A DNA stretch of 64,000 nt from Lytechinus pictus (GCF_037042905.1 NC_087250.1:7566001-7630000); one strand, 5' to 3'; shown: positions 37,801-51,000, counted from the stretch's first letter. Notes: generated from the letters alone by a model not told the origin. Translations and numbers: made by a program.

Positions 37801-40800
37801 GTGCCAGGGAGGCAAGAGCCAAAAATTTCCCAGTCATATCATGGTATGAACAGGCGTAATGGTGTAATGAGGCGACTACCAGTATTTTAAGAAGGCCAGA
37901 TATTGTGTATTGGGGAGAATTTATCTTTTTTTAAAAGTTGCAAGCGAGCGAAGAGAGCAAGCAAAAATTTTACCTTTTTAATGCAAAAATCAAATTTTGT
38001 GATAAATTTTGACTTGATATCCAGAGAATAATATACACTACTCAAAAAAAGTTAAGGACCACTTTTTAAAACGTACATAAAGATTTTATACAAGGTGTTT
38101 TATTTCTGGAAATACCTCAGTACAACTGTCCTAAATGTCCTTAAACACGCTGTAATCAATTTCACGCATGGGTGGTTTCAGTTGTTGCACAATGTCTCTC
38201 GCATCACTGCACATCCTGAAAAGTGGGCCCCGAGGGGTATCAGCTACCGACATGAAGTGGTAAAAACGAATGTCTGAGTGTCTTTCAGGCAGTTCAGTAA
38301 CGAGTGTGACCACCTCCTGCAGCAATAACGGCTTCACAGCGCTGTCTCATGGAGCTGATGAGGCGATTGATGTCTCTGACGTCCAGTGCATCCCATGCAG
38401 CCTCCAGAGCCACACCCAGCTGCTGCAGTCCAAGTGGATGGGCTTCGAGCTGGTCGAGACTCCTCCCCATCATGTCCCAGACGTGCTCTATCGGGTTTAA
38501 GTCCGGGGACCTCGCTGGCCACTCCATACGCTCAATCCCCTGGCCCTCAAGGAACTCGGTCACCACCCTAGCTCGGTGGGCACGGGCATTGTCATCCATG
38601 AAAATGATGTTTTGTCCCACATTTTCTGCAAATGGCACCACTATAGGTTCAAGGACCTCATCCCTGTACCTCACTCCTGTCATTGCTCCCCCTGGGACCA
38701 CGTAGAGACGAGTACGGTTGGCGTAGGTGATGCCTCCCCACACCATGACGCTGCCTCCCCCATAACGGTCATGTTCTGCAATACAGGGGTCTGCAAATCT
38801 CTCTCCTGGTCGCCTCCAGACTCTCGAACGTCCATCATTGTGGTCAAGGGAAAATCTGCTCTCATCTGTGAACAGAACTCTACGCCATTGCTGTCTGGTC
38901 CATCTGACATGCTCCCGGGCCCAGTTGAGACGAATTCTTCTGTGAGCAGGGGTGAGTGGGACACACTGAGCTGATGGGCGTGTCACACAGTGTCATTAGC
39001 AGAGCAAATCAAAGACACCGAGAGACAGGGCTATACTCCGAGAGACCCCGCAGTGGCCGACCAGTTTCGACAACCCCTAGAGATGATCGCTACTTGACGA
39101 ATCTCAGCCTCCGCAACCGCTTTCACAGTGCACGCCGCCTCAACAATGACTTCGCTGCAGCAACTGGAGTGATTGTTTCCACTCAAACAATCCGTAACCG
39201 ACTTCACAGAGCCAATATGCATGCCAGACGGCCAGCTCAGTGTGTCCCACTCACCCCTGCTCACAGAAGAATTCGTCTCAACTGGGCCCGGGAGCATGTC
39301 AGATGGACCAGACAGCAATGGCGTAGAGTTCTGTTCACAGATGAGAGCAGATTTTCCCTTGACCACAATGATGGACGTTCGAGAGTCTGGAGGCGACCAG
39401 GAGAGAGATTTGCAGACCCCTGTATTGCAGAACATGACCGTTATGGGGGAGGCAGCGTCATGGTGTGGGGAGGCATCACCTACGCCAACCGTACTCGTCT
39501 CTACGTGGTCCCAGGGGGAGCAATGACAGGAGTGAGGTACAGGGATGAGGTCCTTGAACCTATAGTGGTGCCATTTGCAGAAAATGTGGGACAAAACATC
39601 ATTTTCATGGATGACAATGCCCGTGCCCACCGAGCTAGGGTGGTGACCGAGTTCCTTGAGGGCCAGGGGATTGAGCGTATGGAGTGGCCAGCGAGGTCCC
39701 CGGACTTAAACCCGATAGAGCACGTCTGGGACATGATGGGGAGGAGTCTCGACCAGCTCGAAGCCCATCCACTTGGACTGCAGCAGCTGGGTGTGGCTCT
39801 GGAGGCTGCATGGGATGCACTGGACGTCAGAGACATCAATCGCCTCATCAGCTCCATGAGACAGCGCTGTGAAGCCGTTATTGCTGCAGGAGGTGGTCAC
39901 ACTCGTTACTGAACTGCCTGAAACACACTCAGACATTCGTTTTTACCACTTCATGTCGGTAGCTGATACCCCTCGGGGCCCACTTTTCAGGATGTGCAGT
40001 GATGCGAGAGACATTGTGCAACAACTGAAACCACCCATGCGTGAAATTGATTACAGCGTGTTTAAGGAAATTTAGGACAGTTGTACTGAGGTATTTCCAG
40101 AAATAAAACACCTTGTATAAAATCTTTATGTACGTTTTAAAAAGTGGTCCTTAACTTTTTTTGAGTAGTGTATTTCACTCTTCTCTCTTTAGATTCCTTT
40201 TTTTGTGGTCTGTACGCCACTGTGAACAGGATTCTTTGTGGCAGTAGCATGAAGAGTAAAAAAAAAAAAAGAAGAGGGGTGCAGTATAGCACATGTGTTC
40301 AAAAGCTGCTTTATATAAGTCCCGAGCGAGCGAAGCGAGCGAGAAAAAAATCACTTTGAGCTATTTTTTTGACATTATATTCAGTAAATAAAATCATATC
40401 CTACACTTTTCCTTTGCTTTTCTTTCCTCCTTTTTTTGTGTTCTTGTTTGTAGAACTTTTTGGGGCCATGGCCCAACCCTCCCATACGCAGTGCTGTGCG
40501 GTTGGGGTCCGGGGCGGAGCCCCCCAAAACTTCTTGATATCAAAGCCATTTAAATCTCGCAGATTGCAGCTAATTTCATCAATTGGCGTTACTTCATATA
40601 CAGACTATAGCTTTTACACAACACATTTATTCAACCCAGTTGCGTAATGAACCAAATATTTTGCGGGCAAAACATATGTGGGAAAAATTTGTAAAAAGTC
40701 GCCAGCGTGCAAAGCGAGCTGTAAAAAAAAAATGCCTATTGAAATTGAATTCTAATTATGTGATAGATTTTTCCATTATATTCAGCAAATCACACATTTC

Positions 40801-42158
40801 ATTGTTTCCATTCATTTCATTATACGTTGTCTCCTATAATTTCTTTTTTTTCCTCTTGGGTGTGGAACAAGACCCCCCCCCACCTGTATGCCAGTGACTG
40901 AACGTGATTGAATGGGGGGAGGGGGGGCATTATAGAGCCAATTGAATTTTATAAATGAAGAGCCCCTACTGCGTGGGGTCTGGGGCAAAGCCCCGGTAGC
41001 TTATTTGCATGAAATTTAGCAAGCTTATAGCACAATGTTGTATGCAGTCCATCTTTTTTCCCGATCTTTAATTTCAATCATCTGCAGCCCGGTCATGTTA
41101 TTTTTTTTCTTGTCCCTTTTTCCAATTTAGCTTTTGATTAATTACATTCTACCCTGGGGGGGGGGGCACTCAGTATATAATGCATAGTGGGTATGTGCCG
41201 CGGAGGGGACCCCCATTTTTACACTCAAATTTCCGTTCCAAGGCATAGCATTTTTGTCTTATTGAGAAAAAGAACCAAGAAAGCCGCTCCAAAGCATAGC
41301 ATTTTCTTATCGAGAAAAAAGAAAGAAATCTGCTCCAAAGCTTCGCATATTTTCCATTACGCCGTTCCGGCCGCTACAATGAGCAGCAATTTTGGTGAAA
41401 AGCGGCCTCAGAGCACTGTCCGACCATCGCCTCTGCCCTAGCGCACCCGGCGCCGTGCCGCCGGGCTAGCTGCATGCACGTTCCATATAGATGCATACGC
41501 ACTCACACGCACAAGCGACCCGTTCCAAGGACCCCGTTTTCACAAACATTGTAGTTCCAAAGCCCGTTCCGAGGACCCTCCTTTTACAAAAAGCCCGCTC
41601 CAAGGCCCCCGTTTTTTGGCTTTGACTTTGGTCGAGTACCCCCCCCCCCCCCCTGGGCATTCTTTTCTACCTTCGTTTCCCGCTATTGTTTGCCATTTTG
41701 TCATCTTTTAATTTATTTCCCACCGTGCTATTGGCTATTGCATTACATAGTCCTATTTCGGAATGATTTGTTCTTTCTCAAAAATGTTCTTCTTGCGTAC
41801 ATTTTCCCGCTTTCCTTCCTTTTCCATTTAAATTTAATGTTTTTTCTTCGTTTTATTTCAGTTTCACTTTTCCCTTTCCTTTTCCTCCTTTCCTTTTCCC
41901 CTTTTCTTCCCCTTTCCCCTTCTTTCTCCCTCCTTCTTTTAATTTTTCTCGTCTTTTTCCAGGTGAAATCCGCCAGGCCCAGGGGGCAGCTAGCAGCTTG
42001 CCCCCCCCCCCCCCCCCCGCCGGTTGCACTGCTGCACACAGACGTCAGACACAGGTCACAGCGCACGTAGACAATGCAATCAACAACATCAAACATGCAT
42101 GCACAAAATGAATGTTAATCAATGAAAATGTCGACCGGCCTACCTGTGTAACAGCCAT
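22006..42158 (-). CDS. RNF2: E3 ubiquitin ligase RING1/RNF2 (PRC1 catalytic subunit), about 398 aa
   Basis: Exons 42158-42144, 36885-36852, 34510-34315, 33776-33653, 31881-31768, 30701-30420, 26475-26380, 25199-25055, 23649-23552, 22098-22006, all phase-consistent. [21 protein letters not shown]...[26 protein letters not shown]...CPTC (RING); [10 protein letters not shown]...IDHLAKYL and [11 protein letters not shown] (RAWUL). Confidence 0.95.
27652..29783. mobile_element. Non-autonomous TIR element with CAGGGCT termini, containing a CT-rich tract
   Basis: CATCACC|CAGGGCTCGACACTA...TAGTGTGGAGCCCTG|CATCACC; subterminal GGTCCGAC/GGGCCGGTA repeats. Confidence 0.75.
28390..29600. repeat. CT-rich low-complexity tract
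   Basis: Directly visible; source of the spurious Phe/Leu/Ser-rich ORFs. Confidence 0.9.
30090..30372 (-). mobile_element. tRNA-derived SINE
   Basis: Reverse complement shows A box TGGTCTAGTGG, B box GGTTCGAATCC and the same body as the 53688 copy. Confidence 0.85.
30705..31160. repeat. Degenerate (AATTC)n pentanucleotide satellite
   Basis: Directly visible. Confidence 0.9.
31826..32560. repeat. Tandem array (about 156-bp unit, 5 copies) containing a RING1 acceptor and exon 5' half
   Basis: CTAGAGCTCAG...GGCCAAAACCCTCTCCTA repeated. Confidence 0.9.
35930..36240. mobile_element. MITE (GGCCCGTATTCTGAAGTC termini)
   Basis: Perfect terminal inverted repeats; related copy at 62331-62635. Confidence 0.8.
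38294..38973 (-). pseudogene. Inverted copy of the Tc1 transposase catalytic domain
   Basis: Translation matches the C-terminal part of the plus-strand ORF; the DNA-binding region is absent. Confidence 0.85.
38956..39912 (+). CDS. Tc1-family DD34E transposase, N-terminally truncated
   Basis: HTH region (VSHSVISR...GRP...TIRNRL), [16 protein letters not shown] and SPDLNPIE with 34 residues between the second D and E. Confidence 0.9.
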   Translation: MGHTELMGVSHSVISRANQRHRETGLYSERPRSGRPVSTTPRDDRYLTNLSLRNRFHSARRLNNDFAAATGVIVSTQTIRNRLHRANMHARRPAQCVPLTPAHRRIRLNWAREHVRWTRQQWRRVLFTDESRFSLDHNDGRSRVWRRPGERFADPCIAEHDRYGGGSVMVWGGITYANRTRLYVVPGGAMTGVRYRDEVLEPIVVPFAENVGQNIIFMDDNARAHRARVVTEFLEGQGIERMEWPARSPDLNPIEHVWDMMGRSLDQLEAHPLGLQQLGVALEAAWDALDVRDINRLISSMRQRCEAVIAAGGGHTRY

Positions 42159-42669
42159 TTTCTCTGGTTTCGTGGAAATTTAGGAGATCTAAATGAATTC
42201 AGACAAAAGAAAATCAAACTAGATATGCACCGATCCAATCATTCATCAATCATATTTCATGCAGAAGATCAAATTCAGCTTTTCATGAGCGGAAAACTCA
42301 TCTATACCACAGGAAAATCCATCAATAACATCTCAGTCTTGACAATAATGAGTTTTGATTCGTAACTTTTTGTCGGAAAATATTAATCATGATTATGTAT
42401 TTTGGAATATAATATTTTTTACTATATAAAAGAAATAAAATTTGATAAGAAATTATCCATAATAGGTTATTAAAAAATAAAATTATCTCAGATTGAAAAA
42501 CTACTTTGTAATTTGACCTTTGACACGCCCATATAAACAATTTTTGACTGAGCCGAGTTGTCAAGCCTTTTCGCTGTTTTAATGTGAGTAGATTCGGAAG
42601 ATCTAACTAAATTTGTCCTTTCTATTACTGTCCGATTTATACAGAAATTAGTATAATCTAATACCAGGC

Positions 42670-43900
42670 TTACCGTCGTATATAAAAAAGACATCTGCGA
42701 TCTATTAAAGTTGATTTTCTAGTCCGTTTCAATCGCAGAAGAAGACAGCCATTGGTTTTGCAGCGCCAGCGGACGTCAGTACGAGACTGTGTCGGTTTGC
42801 CTCCCTGCGCCTGCGGCCTCGGGGCGCGACCCCACTGGCACTGCCTGGCGCGGCGGCTGATGATTAATTGCCCGCTTGTTTTATGGCTTATGGCATATGC
42901 CTTATTCACTTTGTCATAAAGTTGAAGAGTTGAATGATCTGAGAGTGAGAGTTAGAGCATAGGAATCAAGAGCACACGGCCAATATGGGACTTGTCTTGG
43001 GAGACTCTCTCCAATAGGGGAGACAATCTCCCACATTGGAGACTTGCTTTGCAAAAGGACAAAAGAAACAACACCAACAAAAGCATGATTTTTTCCACCC
43101 AAAATGTTGTCTCACTGAGGTCAGAAGCCCATTTGTTTTGTGTGTGATTGACAACAAAAATCCTTATCAAAACAAAAGTAGACGGTGAATTTTTAAAGTA
43201 GACGGTGAAAAGGGGTAATTTTTCATGAGGAATCTGCTTATCACATTTTTATTTGCCGCCAAGTTAATCCTTTTGCAGCAAATGTAAACAAAGGAAATTG
43301 GACTCCAAAACTGGAGACTGTCTCTGAAATTGGATACCCAAATTCTTTACAAAAGTCTCTGATATTGGAGATAATCTCCCACATTGGAGACAGTCTCCAA
43401 TATTGGCCGTGCGCCTGTACTGGTCTTTGTCTAAAGTAAAAACTTGCCAAAGTATGTTTGTTAAAAATTAAATTAAAAAGCTTAAGACTTTTCAAATTTT
43501 CTGCAATTTGAAATGCCTTTTCATAAAATAATTTTTTTAAATTCTATTTCAATCAACGTTCCTCTAGTTTTAATTGCAGTGTTTATTTTTACCTTCTTTC
43601 TCAATATTATTTTCATTAAATCTTAAAATGTAATGTATCGCCAATGTCATGACTTTGCGCCGGCAATTCAACAATAACATCCCCTCCTTACGTTCCACAT
43701 AGCGCATTGTGCATTCGACAACAGTAAATGCATGCGAGTGCCACTGAATTGTGCTGCACCTCATGTGATATGCAACCCGGAAGTTGCAGCGGCCCGGCCT
43801 TTCACTCCCGCATTACGCTTGGACCCCATGTCGAATGAAGACCTGCCGCTAGCATGCGAAGGGGTGACCTCGAGTTGCCTCAACAGTAAAAGATGAGAAT
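42670..43900. promoter_or_regulatory. Divergent promoter region between RING1/RNF2 and the Nek gene
   Basis: GC/CpG-rich patch 42760-42860 with a CRE-like GACGTCA and a minus-strand donor near 42672. Second CpG-rich patch 43770-43870 with ETS-like CCGGAAGT. Confidence 0.5.
42970..43414. mobile_element. MITE between the divergent promoters
   Basis: GCACACGGCCAATAT...ATATTGGCCGTGCGC with internal GGAGAC/GTCTCC repeats. Confidence 0.65.
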
Positions 43901-45056
43901 AACATATCCTTTTCAAGCCAGTCGATTCCATGCACTCTTTTATAAAGTCTGGATCATGTCACCTCTTTTCATTCTGTATTGGAGGAATGGAAGTTTTAGG
44001 GCTCGAAGTCTGTCTCCATTGTCTAGCATTGCCAAGGAATGAAAAAGTAGAAAGTCAGTGTGGCCAAATTCTTATTTAAAATTGGACCCCAAAATTGCAG
44101 ACTCTAACATAGGCCTAATTTGTACATGAAACAGAGATCACCCGGTTTTATAATTTTACAAAATACACACACTAGGCCTAGCCCTAAGATTAGTGCATGT
44201 AGTTAGGCCTTTGCACAAAATGTTTGAAAGTTTTTAAAAAATAAATAAATTTGATTTTTACTCTGATATTGAATATCTCTCCCTGTATTGTATGAAAAGG
44301 AATGTTTATGTTCATGTTTGTGTCTTCTCTGATATACAGATGCACAAACTTGAAGCACCGTGGTGTACATTTGGCAATTTTCAAGTTGGATTCACAATTT
44401 AAATTGCCTCCCCAATTTAAACACCTAATGGGTAATAGTTTCAAGTTAGGTATTCTTAAGTTGGTGTTGGTGTCACAAGTTAGATTTCTTTCCTAAGTTA
44501 GACACCTTATGGGTAGTTTAGAGTTTGGTGCTGGTATTGGAATCACAGTTCAGACTACCTTCTCAGGTTAAAACAACTAATGGGGGATTTCAAGTTTGGT
44601 ATCGGTACCAGTGATGGTGTTGGAATCACAGTTTAGACTACCTTCTCAGGTTTAAACACCTAATGGGGGATTTCAAGTTTGGTGTTGGTACTGATGTTTA
44701 TGTAGGAGGTTTCAGCTTATAAAGTTTGGTGGTGTTGTTGGAATCGCCATTTAGATTGCCTAGCTCCAACACCTAATCTAAGTTTACGAAATGGTCCAAA
44801 TCACACTGTTGTCGTTGTCCATTAATTGCTCAATACCAAGTGGGATTTGTTCAAGGCTAGACCAAGTTAAACTGGTGCTGGGCCAACACCAAAATCCAAA
44901 AGTAAACACCATACTAAAAAATCACCCCGTGTAGATTTTTTTTTTTTTATTCTTGTCGTACCTGAATAGAATTGATTTTTCTCTATTAACATGCATTTTT
45001 TTTTTCATTTCTATCCATAGTCTTGTGCCGCCAGCTGTTTTTAGATGGTAATATGA

Positions 45057-48000
45057 ATGGAGTGCTATGATAAGATCACAACATTGGGCCAAGGGGGTGG
45101 CGGTGCAGTCTATCTGGTCAGGCACCAAATAACCAAAAAGTGAGTATGATTGATTTGAGAACCAAACAATTTTGTTATGAATTTGCTATCGACTAATCAA
45201 ATGCTTTGATTTTAGTAGCTTACAACAGTAGCTTCTAGCTTTCCATCAAAATTAAAAGATAAATCTTGATTATTCCATGCACGTCTTGATTGATTTGTTT
45301 GCAGGGGCAATATTTGAAAGCAACTGTTACATTTGTGTATAGTAACAAGGCCCATACTGCTTTTCTTTCTCTCCTTTTTTTTTCTCATATTAGTTTCTGT
45401 ACAGAGATCTTTTGACACAAAAGATAAAGTTTAATTGTAAGTTGAGTGCAAACTATGCCACAACAAGTACAATTTTAAATATTGATTTTATCTAGTAGAT
45501 AAACTTTTTGTACTCGAAATAGGATTGTGGGATGAGAATAAAAAAGATAGTAGACCAAGTGGTAATTAACCATTTAATCTTGAGATTGATGTTATTTTTG
45601 ATATATTTTTTTCACTAGATTACTTGCTTTGAAGAAGATTCAGTTGGATGAGAAAAGAAAGACAAGAACCAGAGATGCAGTCGAGAGAGAAGCAAAGTAA
45701 GAATACTCACTATCCCCTACCTACCCCACCCCCATCCCACTGATGAGACAGAAGCCAAACCCCTCCCCCACCCCAGCCTACTGAGACAGAAGCAAAATGC
45801 CTCCCCCACCACCCCATCCCACTGAGACAGAAGCTAACCCACCCCGACCTACTGAGAGAGAAGCAAAGTAGGAATACTCACTGTCCCCTTACCTCTCCCC
45901 ATCCTACTGATGAGACAGTTCTAAGCCTAACCCCCCCCCCCACCCCAACCTACTGAAAAAGAAGCAAAGTAAGAATACTCTCTCTCCCCTTACTACCCCA
46001 CCCCCATTCCACTGATGAGACAGATGCCAACCCCCCATCCTACTGAGAGGAAAGCATCCCCTTGCCTACCCCACCCCCATTCCTCTGAAACAGGAGCCTA
46101 ACCCCTCCCCCACCTCCATCCAACTGAGACAGAAGCCAAACCCCTCCCCCACCCCAGCCCACTGAGACAGAAGCAAAGTAGGAATACTTTCTACCCCTCC
46201 CCTACCCACCCACGAAGAGGGTTACATGTAAGCAAAGTAAGAATAGTAAATTCCCCCTCCCCCACCCTACCATCCCATCCCACCCACTTAGAAAGAAGCA
46301 AAGTAAGAAATGAATGCTTATTACCCCTCCCCTACCCCATCCCACTAAGAGAGAAGCAAAGTAAGAATAGACACTACCCCCCCCCCTCACCTCAGCCAAC
46401 TGAGAGAGAAACAAATTCAAGAATGCTCATTACCCCTCCCAAACCCGGAGACACTGAGAGAGAAGCAAAATGAAAATACTCCCCACCCCACCCCTACTTT
46501 AGAGACAAGCAAAACAAGAACAGTCACTACCCCCATGCCAACTGGAAGAATGTGTCATGAAATGGTGGTATTTTTTACAAGTCATATATCTTTAAAAAAT
46601 AACTGACTCCTTGTTTTACAAGGCTTTGGCCATTCCTGACTGACCTGAATGATTGCAATGGTTTGATTAGCAAATAATCACTGATCACCAATATTTAATC
46701 CTGGGGGTGTTTCACAAAGATTTAAGTATGACTTAGAGTCGCACTTAAATACCGAATTGCGTACGGTATGAAAGGCTTGATCGCATTGGTCAGATCGTGT
46801 CATGAGGACGCGCACTAATGTGTAACTATCAATAAAATCGCGCGTTGCATATCATGTACGCGTCGGTATTTAAGTGCAACTTAAGTCATACTTAAATCTT
46901 TGTGAAACACCCCCCCCCGGTCATATAGTTGATAACTGCCTTTAAACAATGTTGAAATGTATTATTAATCACGACGATGTTATGATTTTAATCACGTTCA
47001 CATTCCAGAATCTTGGCCCAGCTGAGGCATCCCCATATCGTCACCTATCATGATTCTTTCTTCGAAGAGGTTCCAGAGTCCGTCTATCTCTGCATAGCTC
47101 AGGTAGGTTTGTCTGTTTGTCTACCCCTTGTCTACTTGACTTTCTGTTTGTCTGTCTTCATGTATATCTTTTACTGTGAGCCTATCTATATGTCTTCTGA
47201 CAGTCTGCCAGTCTCTTGTCTATCCGTCAGTTTGTCTGTCTGACTGCTTGAATATCTGTCTGTCTACCTGCTTATCTTGTTTATTATCATCTTAATCACT
47301 GTCAACATCATCATCATCATTACCACCACCACCACCACTATCATCATCATCGTCATTATCATCATCATCATTATTATCACCACCACCACCACTATCATCA
47401 TCATCGTCATTATCATCATCATCATTATTATCACCACCACCACCACTATCATCATCATCGTCATTATCATCATCATCATTATTATCACCACCACCACCAC
47501 TATCATCATCATCGTCATTATCATCATCATCATTATTATCACCACCACCACCACTATCATCATCATCGTCATTATCATCATCATCATTATTATCACCACC
47601 ACCACCACTATCATCATCATCGTCAATATCATCATCATCATTATTATCACCACCACCACCACTATCATCATCATCGTCATTATCATCATCATCATTATTA
47701 TCACCACCACCACCACTATCATCATCATCGTCATTATCATCATCATCATTATTATCACCACCACCACCACTATCATCATCATCGTCATTATCATCATCAT
47801 CATTATTATCACCACCACCACCACTATCATCATCATCGTCATTATCATCATCATCATTATTATCACCACCACCACTTCCACCTACATCATCATTTTCATC
47901 ATCATAACCATCATTTTCATCATACTAACCATCATTTTCATCATCATCACCATCATCATCATCACCTCCATCATCACCATCATCATCGTCATTATCATCA

Positions 48001-51000
48001 CCGTCATCATCATCACCGCTACCACTGCCATCATCATGACCACCACCACCATCATCATAATCGCCATCATCATCATAATCACCTTCATCATCACCGTCAT
48101 CACCATCATCATCATCATCATCTTGATCACCAACACCACCTTTATCATCACCAATATCCGGAAAAGACTATTCCTTTAAAAGTCATTTTTGTCTTTTTGC
48201 CGCCCCTAACCCAGGACTACTGTGATGGTGGTAACCTAGATGAGAGGATACAGACGGCCAAGCACCGAGGAAAACCGTTTGATGAGGGACGTATCATGCA
48301 ATGGTTTATCCAACTCGTCATGGCTGTACAGTACATACACTCCAAAAAGATATTACACAGGTAAAACATAAAATCAGTAATCAGGGGGACTTAAAGGGAT
48401 GCTCTGGGCTGAGAACAATATGATTTAAACAGATAAAGAAAAATCAGACAAACAAAACACTGAAAATTTGATCAAAATCTGACTAGGAATAACAAAGTTA
48501 TGGCATTTTAAAGATTTGCATTATTCCGGTGAAACAGTTCGAGGCATGTCTTTATGAATATTCAATGAGCAACTTGATGATGTCATATCCCCACTTGTTC
48601 TTTTGTATTTTATTATATGGAATTAGGTTTATTTAAATTTTTCTTCCAAGAACTGCAAAAAATGGATTGGCAACTGATTTAGTGCATTAGATATTCATTG
48701 CTGCTACATATTTCATAATAAAGGAGACACATTATTCACACATGTATGAAAAAATGAAACAAATTATGATTTTTTTCTTGTAATAACATAAGTAAAAACG
48801 AAAGTGGGGATGTGACATCATCAGCCCACCTAATGAATATTCATGATGATGTGCATACGGCTATTTTCACAAAATATTGTTAAACTTTAAAATTCATTAA
48901 CTTCATTATTTGTTACCGATTTTGATGAAATTTTCAGCATTTTGCTCTGTGAATTTTACTCTATTTTATTTGGAAACATCAGCTCAGAAAAAGCCTGTTG
49001 ATGATAATAGTGCTCCTTGGAAAAAGATTATTTCTAGGTGAATCAGAATGGCGCTATATAAATTCTTTGTAAAGTTTTATTATTATTTTCATTATGTGTT
49101 TTGGTTGAATTAACTTAAGTTATTAATTCTCAATTCATTTTATGGGAATATTCTGTTCATTCAACACTGTATATTGTATTTGTGTCTTTCAAACTATGTT
49201 ATTTTATTCAACAGAGATCTAAAAACACAGAATGTCTTCCTCACAAAGAATGATGTCGTCAAGCTAGGTAAGTTCATCTTTCCTTTGTCCATTCATTTAT
49301 TTATTTATTTTTTTAGTATATACACTGTATATCTAATGGTTTTCTGTACAAGCTCATCAAGCTGTTGTATGACACATTATTTTTGTGAGTTGCTAAATTT
49401 ATTTCTCAATGGCATCTTGGTACACAAGAACAGACACTTCTATAGTACTTATTTGATTATTGTATGTATTCAATCATTTGTTACTTTTTAGATCTTGAGT
49501 AGAAACTCAAAGGGAGAGATATATATTTCCAACCAAACTAACTGAAAATATAACTGTGCCTGTCAATCATATGTTCAATTATCTATTATTTACTTTAGTT
49601 TATATCCTCTTGTTCTACAAGCAGTTGGCCTACTTCTCAGCAAGTCTAATTTAATTGCACATGGGCTAAAATATTTTATTTGGTCCACCAAACTGTCTTT
49701 TTGGTCTCATTGCGGTTTGTGGTCTATTCTACACTTGTTCTAGTTACCACTTTAGTCCCATTTGCATTTAGACCTGTGTTTCATCAACATTTTCATCCGA
49801 CAAGTTGTCAGATCTGACATCTTTCTCTGATGTTGATTAGCTGAGAGGTACTGTTACTATGGTAACTGTAGGATAAAATGGGACTTGTCGTATAAAACGT
49901 CCGACAAGTCCATTCATGAAACGCTCCCCTGAGGGTCTCATTTCCACTTTATCAACTACATGTACATGTAATGTATTTTTTCAAATGGACTATGTGTTGT
50001 GAGACCAAGTGAATATTAGACAAAATGGATATAGCCTAACTGAAATTAGACAAAATTATATACATGTTTGGTCTAGATAGCAGTTAGACCAAATGCTTAC
50101 TAGATGATCTGGTTGTAGATGAACTAAGATTAGACTCTGACGGATGAGACCTCACAAAAAGTAGGCAAAGCTGGTGTAGACCAAGTAGGAATTGGTTTTA
50201 GTGTATTTACTTCCTCAAATGTATTCTTACTGTCCATAAATGCATGAGATTTTCTGTGACTCAGCGTGAGATCACAGAAATTATTTATATATGGGGATAG
50301 GCTGTGATTCAGGCGTGAGAAAGAGAGTTAGATGGGATGAGCAACAGCCCTAATGCAGAAATCTCACACATGATGCATGAGACTTGGTATGTCTGACTGT
50401 CCCATATTCATACATGTATTTTTTTTATTCTGAAGGTGACTTTGGAATATCTAGAACATTAGAACACACCGTAGACAAGGCCAAGACCTGTGTTGGGACC
50501 CCATGCTACCTTAGTCCAGAACTATGCCAGGACCAACCCTATAACAACAAGTCTGATGTTTGGGTAAGTCCTAGAACAAAATTGATCAAATCCAACATTG
50601 GTTAGTGGCCTTGACTTACAATGTAAATCCCCAACTTTCTGTTCTACAAAAAGTAAAACTGGGGACCTTAAACTTGACCTATTCAGGGATGTTTCATCTT
50701 GAGTAATTGCCATGATTTTACATCAAACTGTCATCCAATAGCATTACGTCAAACCCCCATTTGGAGAAAGACCGCAGTTCAGATTGCAAACTGCGGTTCT
50801 ATACCCCATTTTGCATTTGTAAATCCCAAAATCATTTCCAAGCCCAGGGGGCCGTTTCATAAAGCTGTTTGTAAGTTAAGAGCGACTTTAAGAACGACTG
50901 GTGATCCTTTCTCGCGCGCTAAATCATCGCCAATGGTGTGTACCATTTACCGCAAGACCTGATCACCAGTTGCTCTTTATTTACGAACAGCTTTATGAAA

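Larger units (their letters stand above)
38036..40170. mobile_element. Palindromic (fold-back) Tc1/mariner derivative with TA target-site duplication
   Basis: TA|CACTACTCAAAAAAAGTTAAGG...CCTTAACTTTTTTTGAGTAGTG|TA. Inverted arms 38036-38973 and 39233-40170 (938 bp each) flank a 259-bp spacer. Confidence 0.95.

Noticed and set aside
38095..40111. Many small mirrored ORFs
   Set aside because: Alternative frames of the palindromic Tc1 element.
44380..44760. Degenerate tandem repeat of about 75 bp
   Set aside because: No link to an identified exon or other feature; treated as an ordinary intronic repeat. Like the duplicated segment near 56020-56530, it shows that not all arrays here are exon-anchored.
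47264..48179. Poly-Ile/Thr and poly-Met/Val ORFs
   Set aside because: Translation of an intronic trinucleotide repeat.
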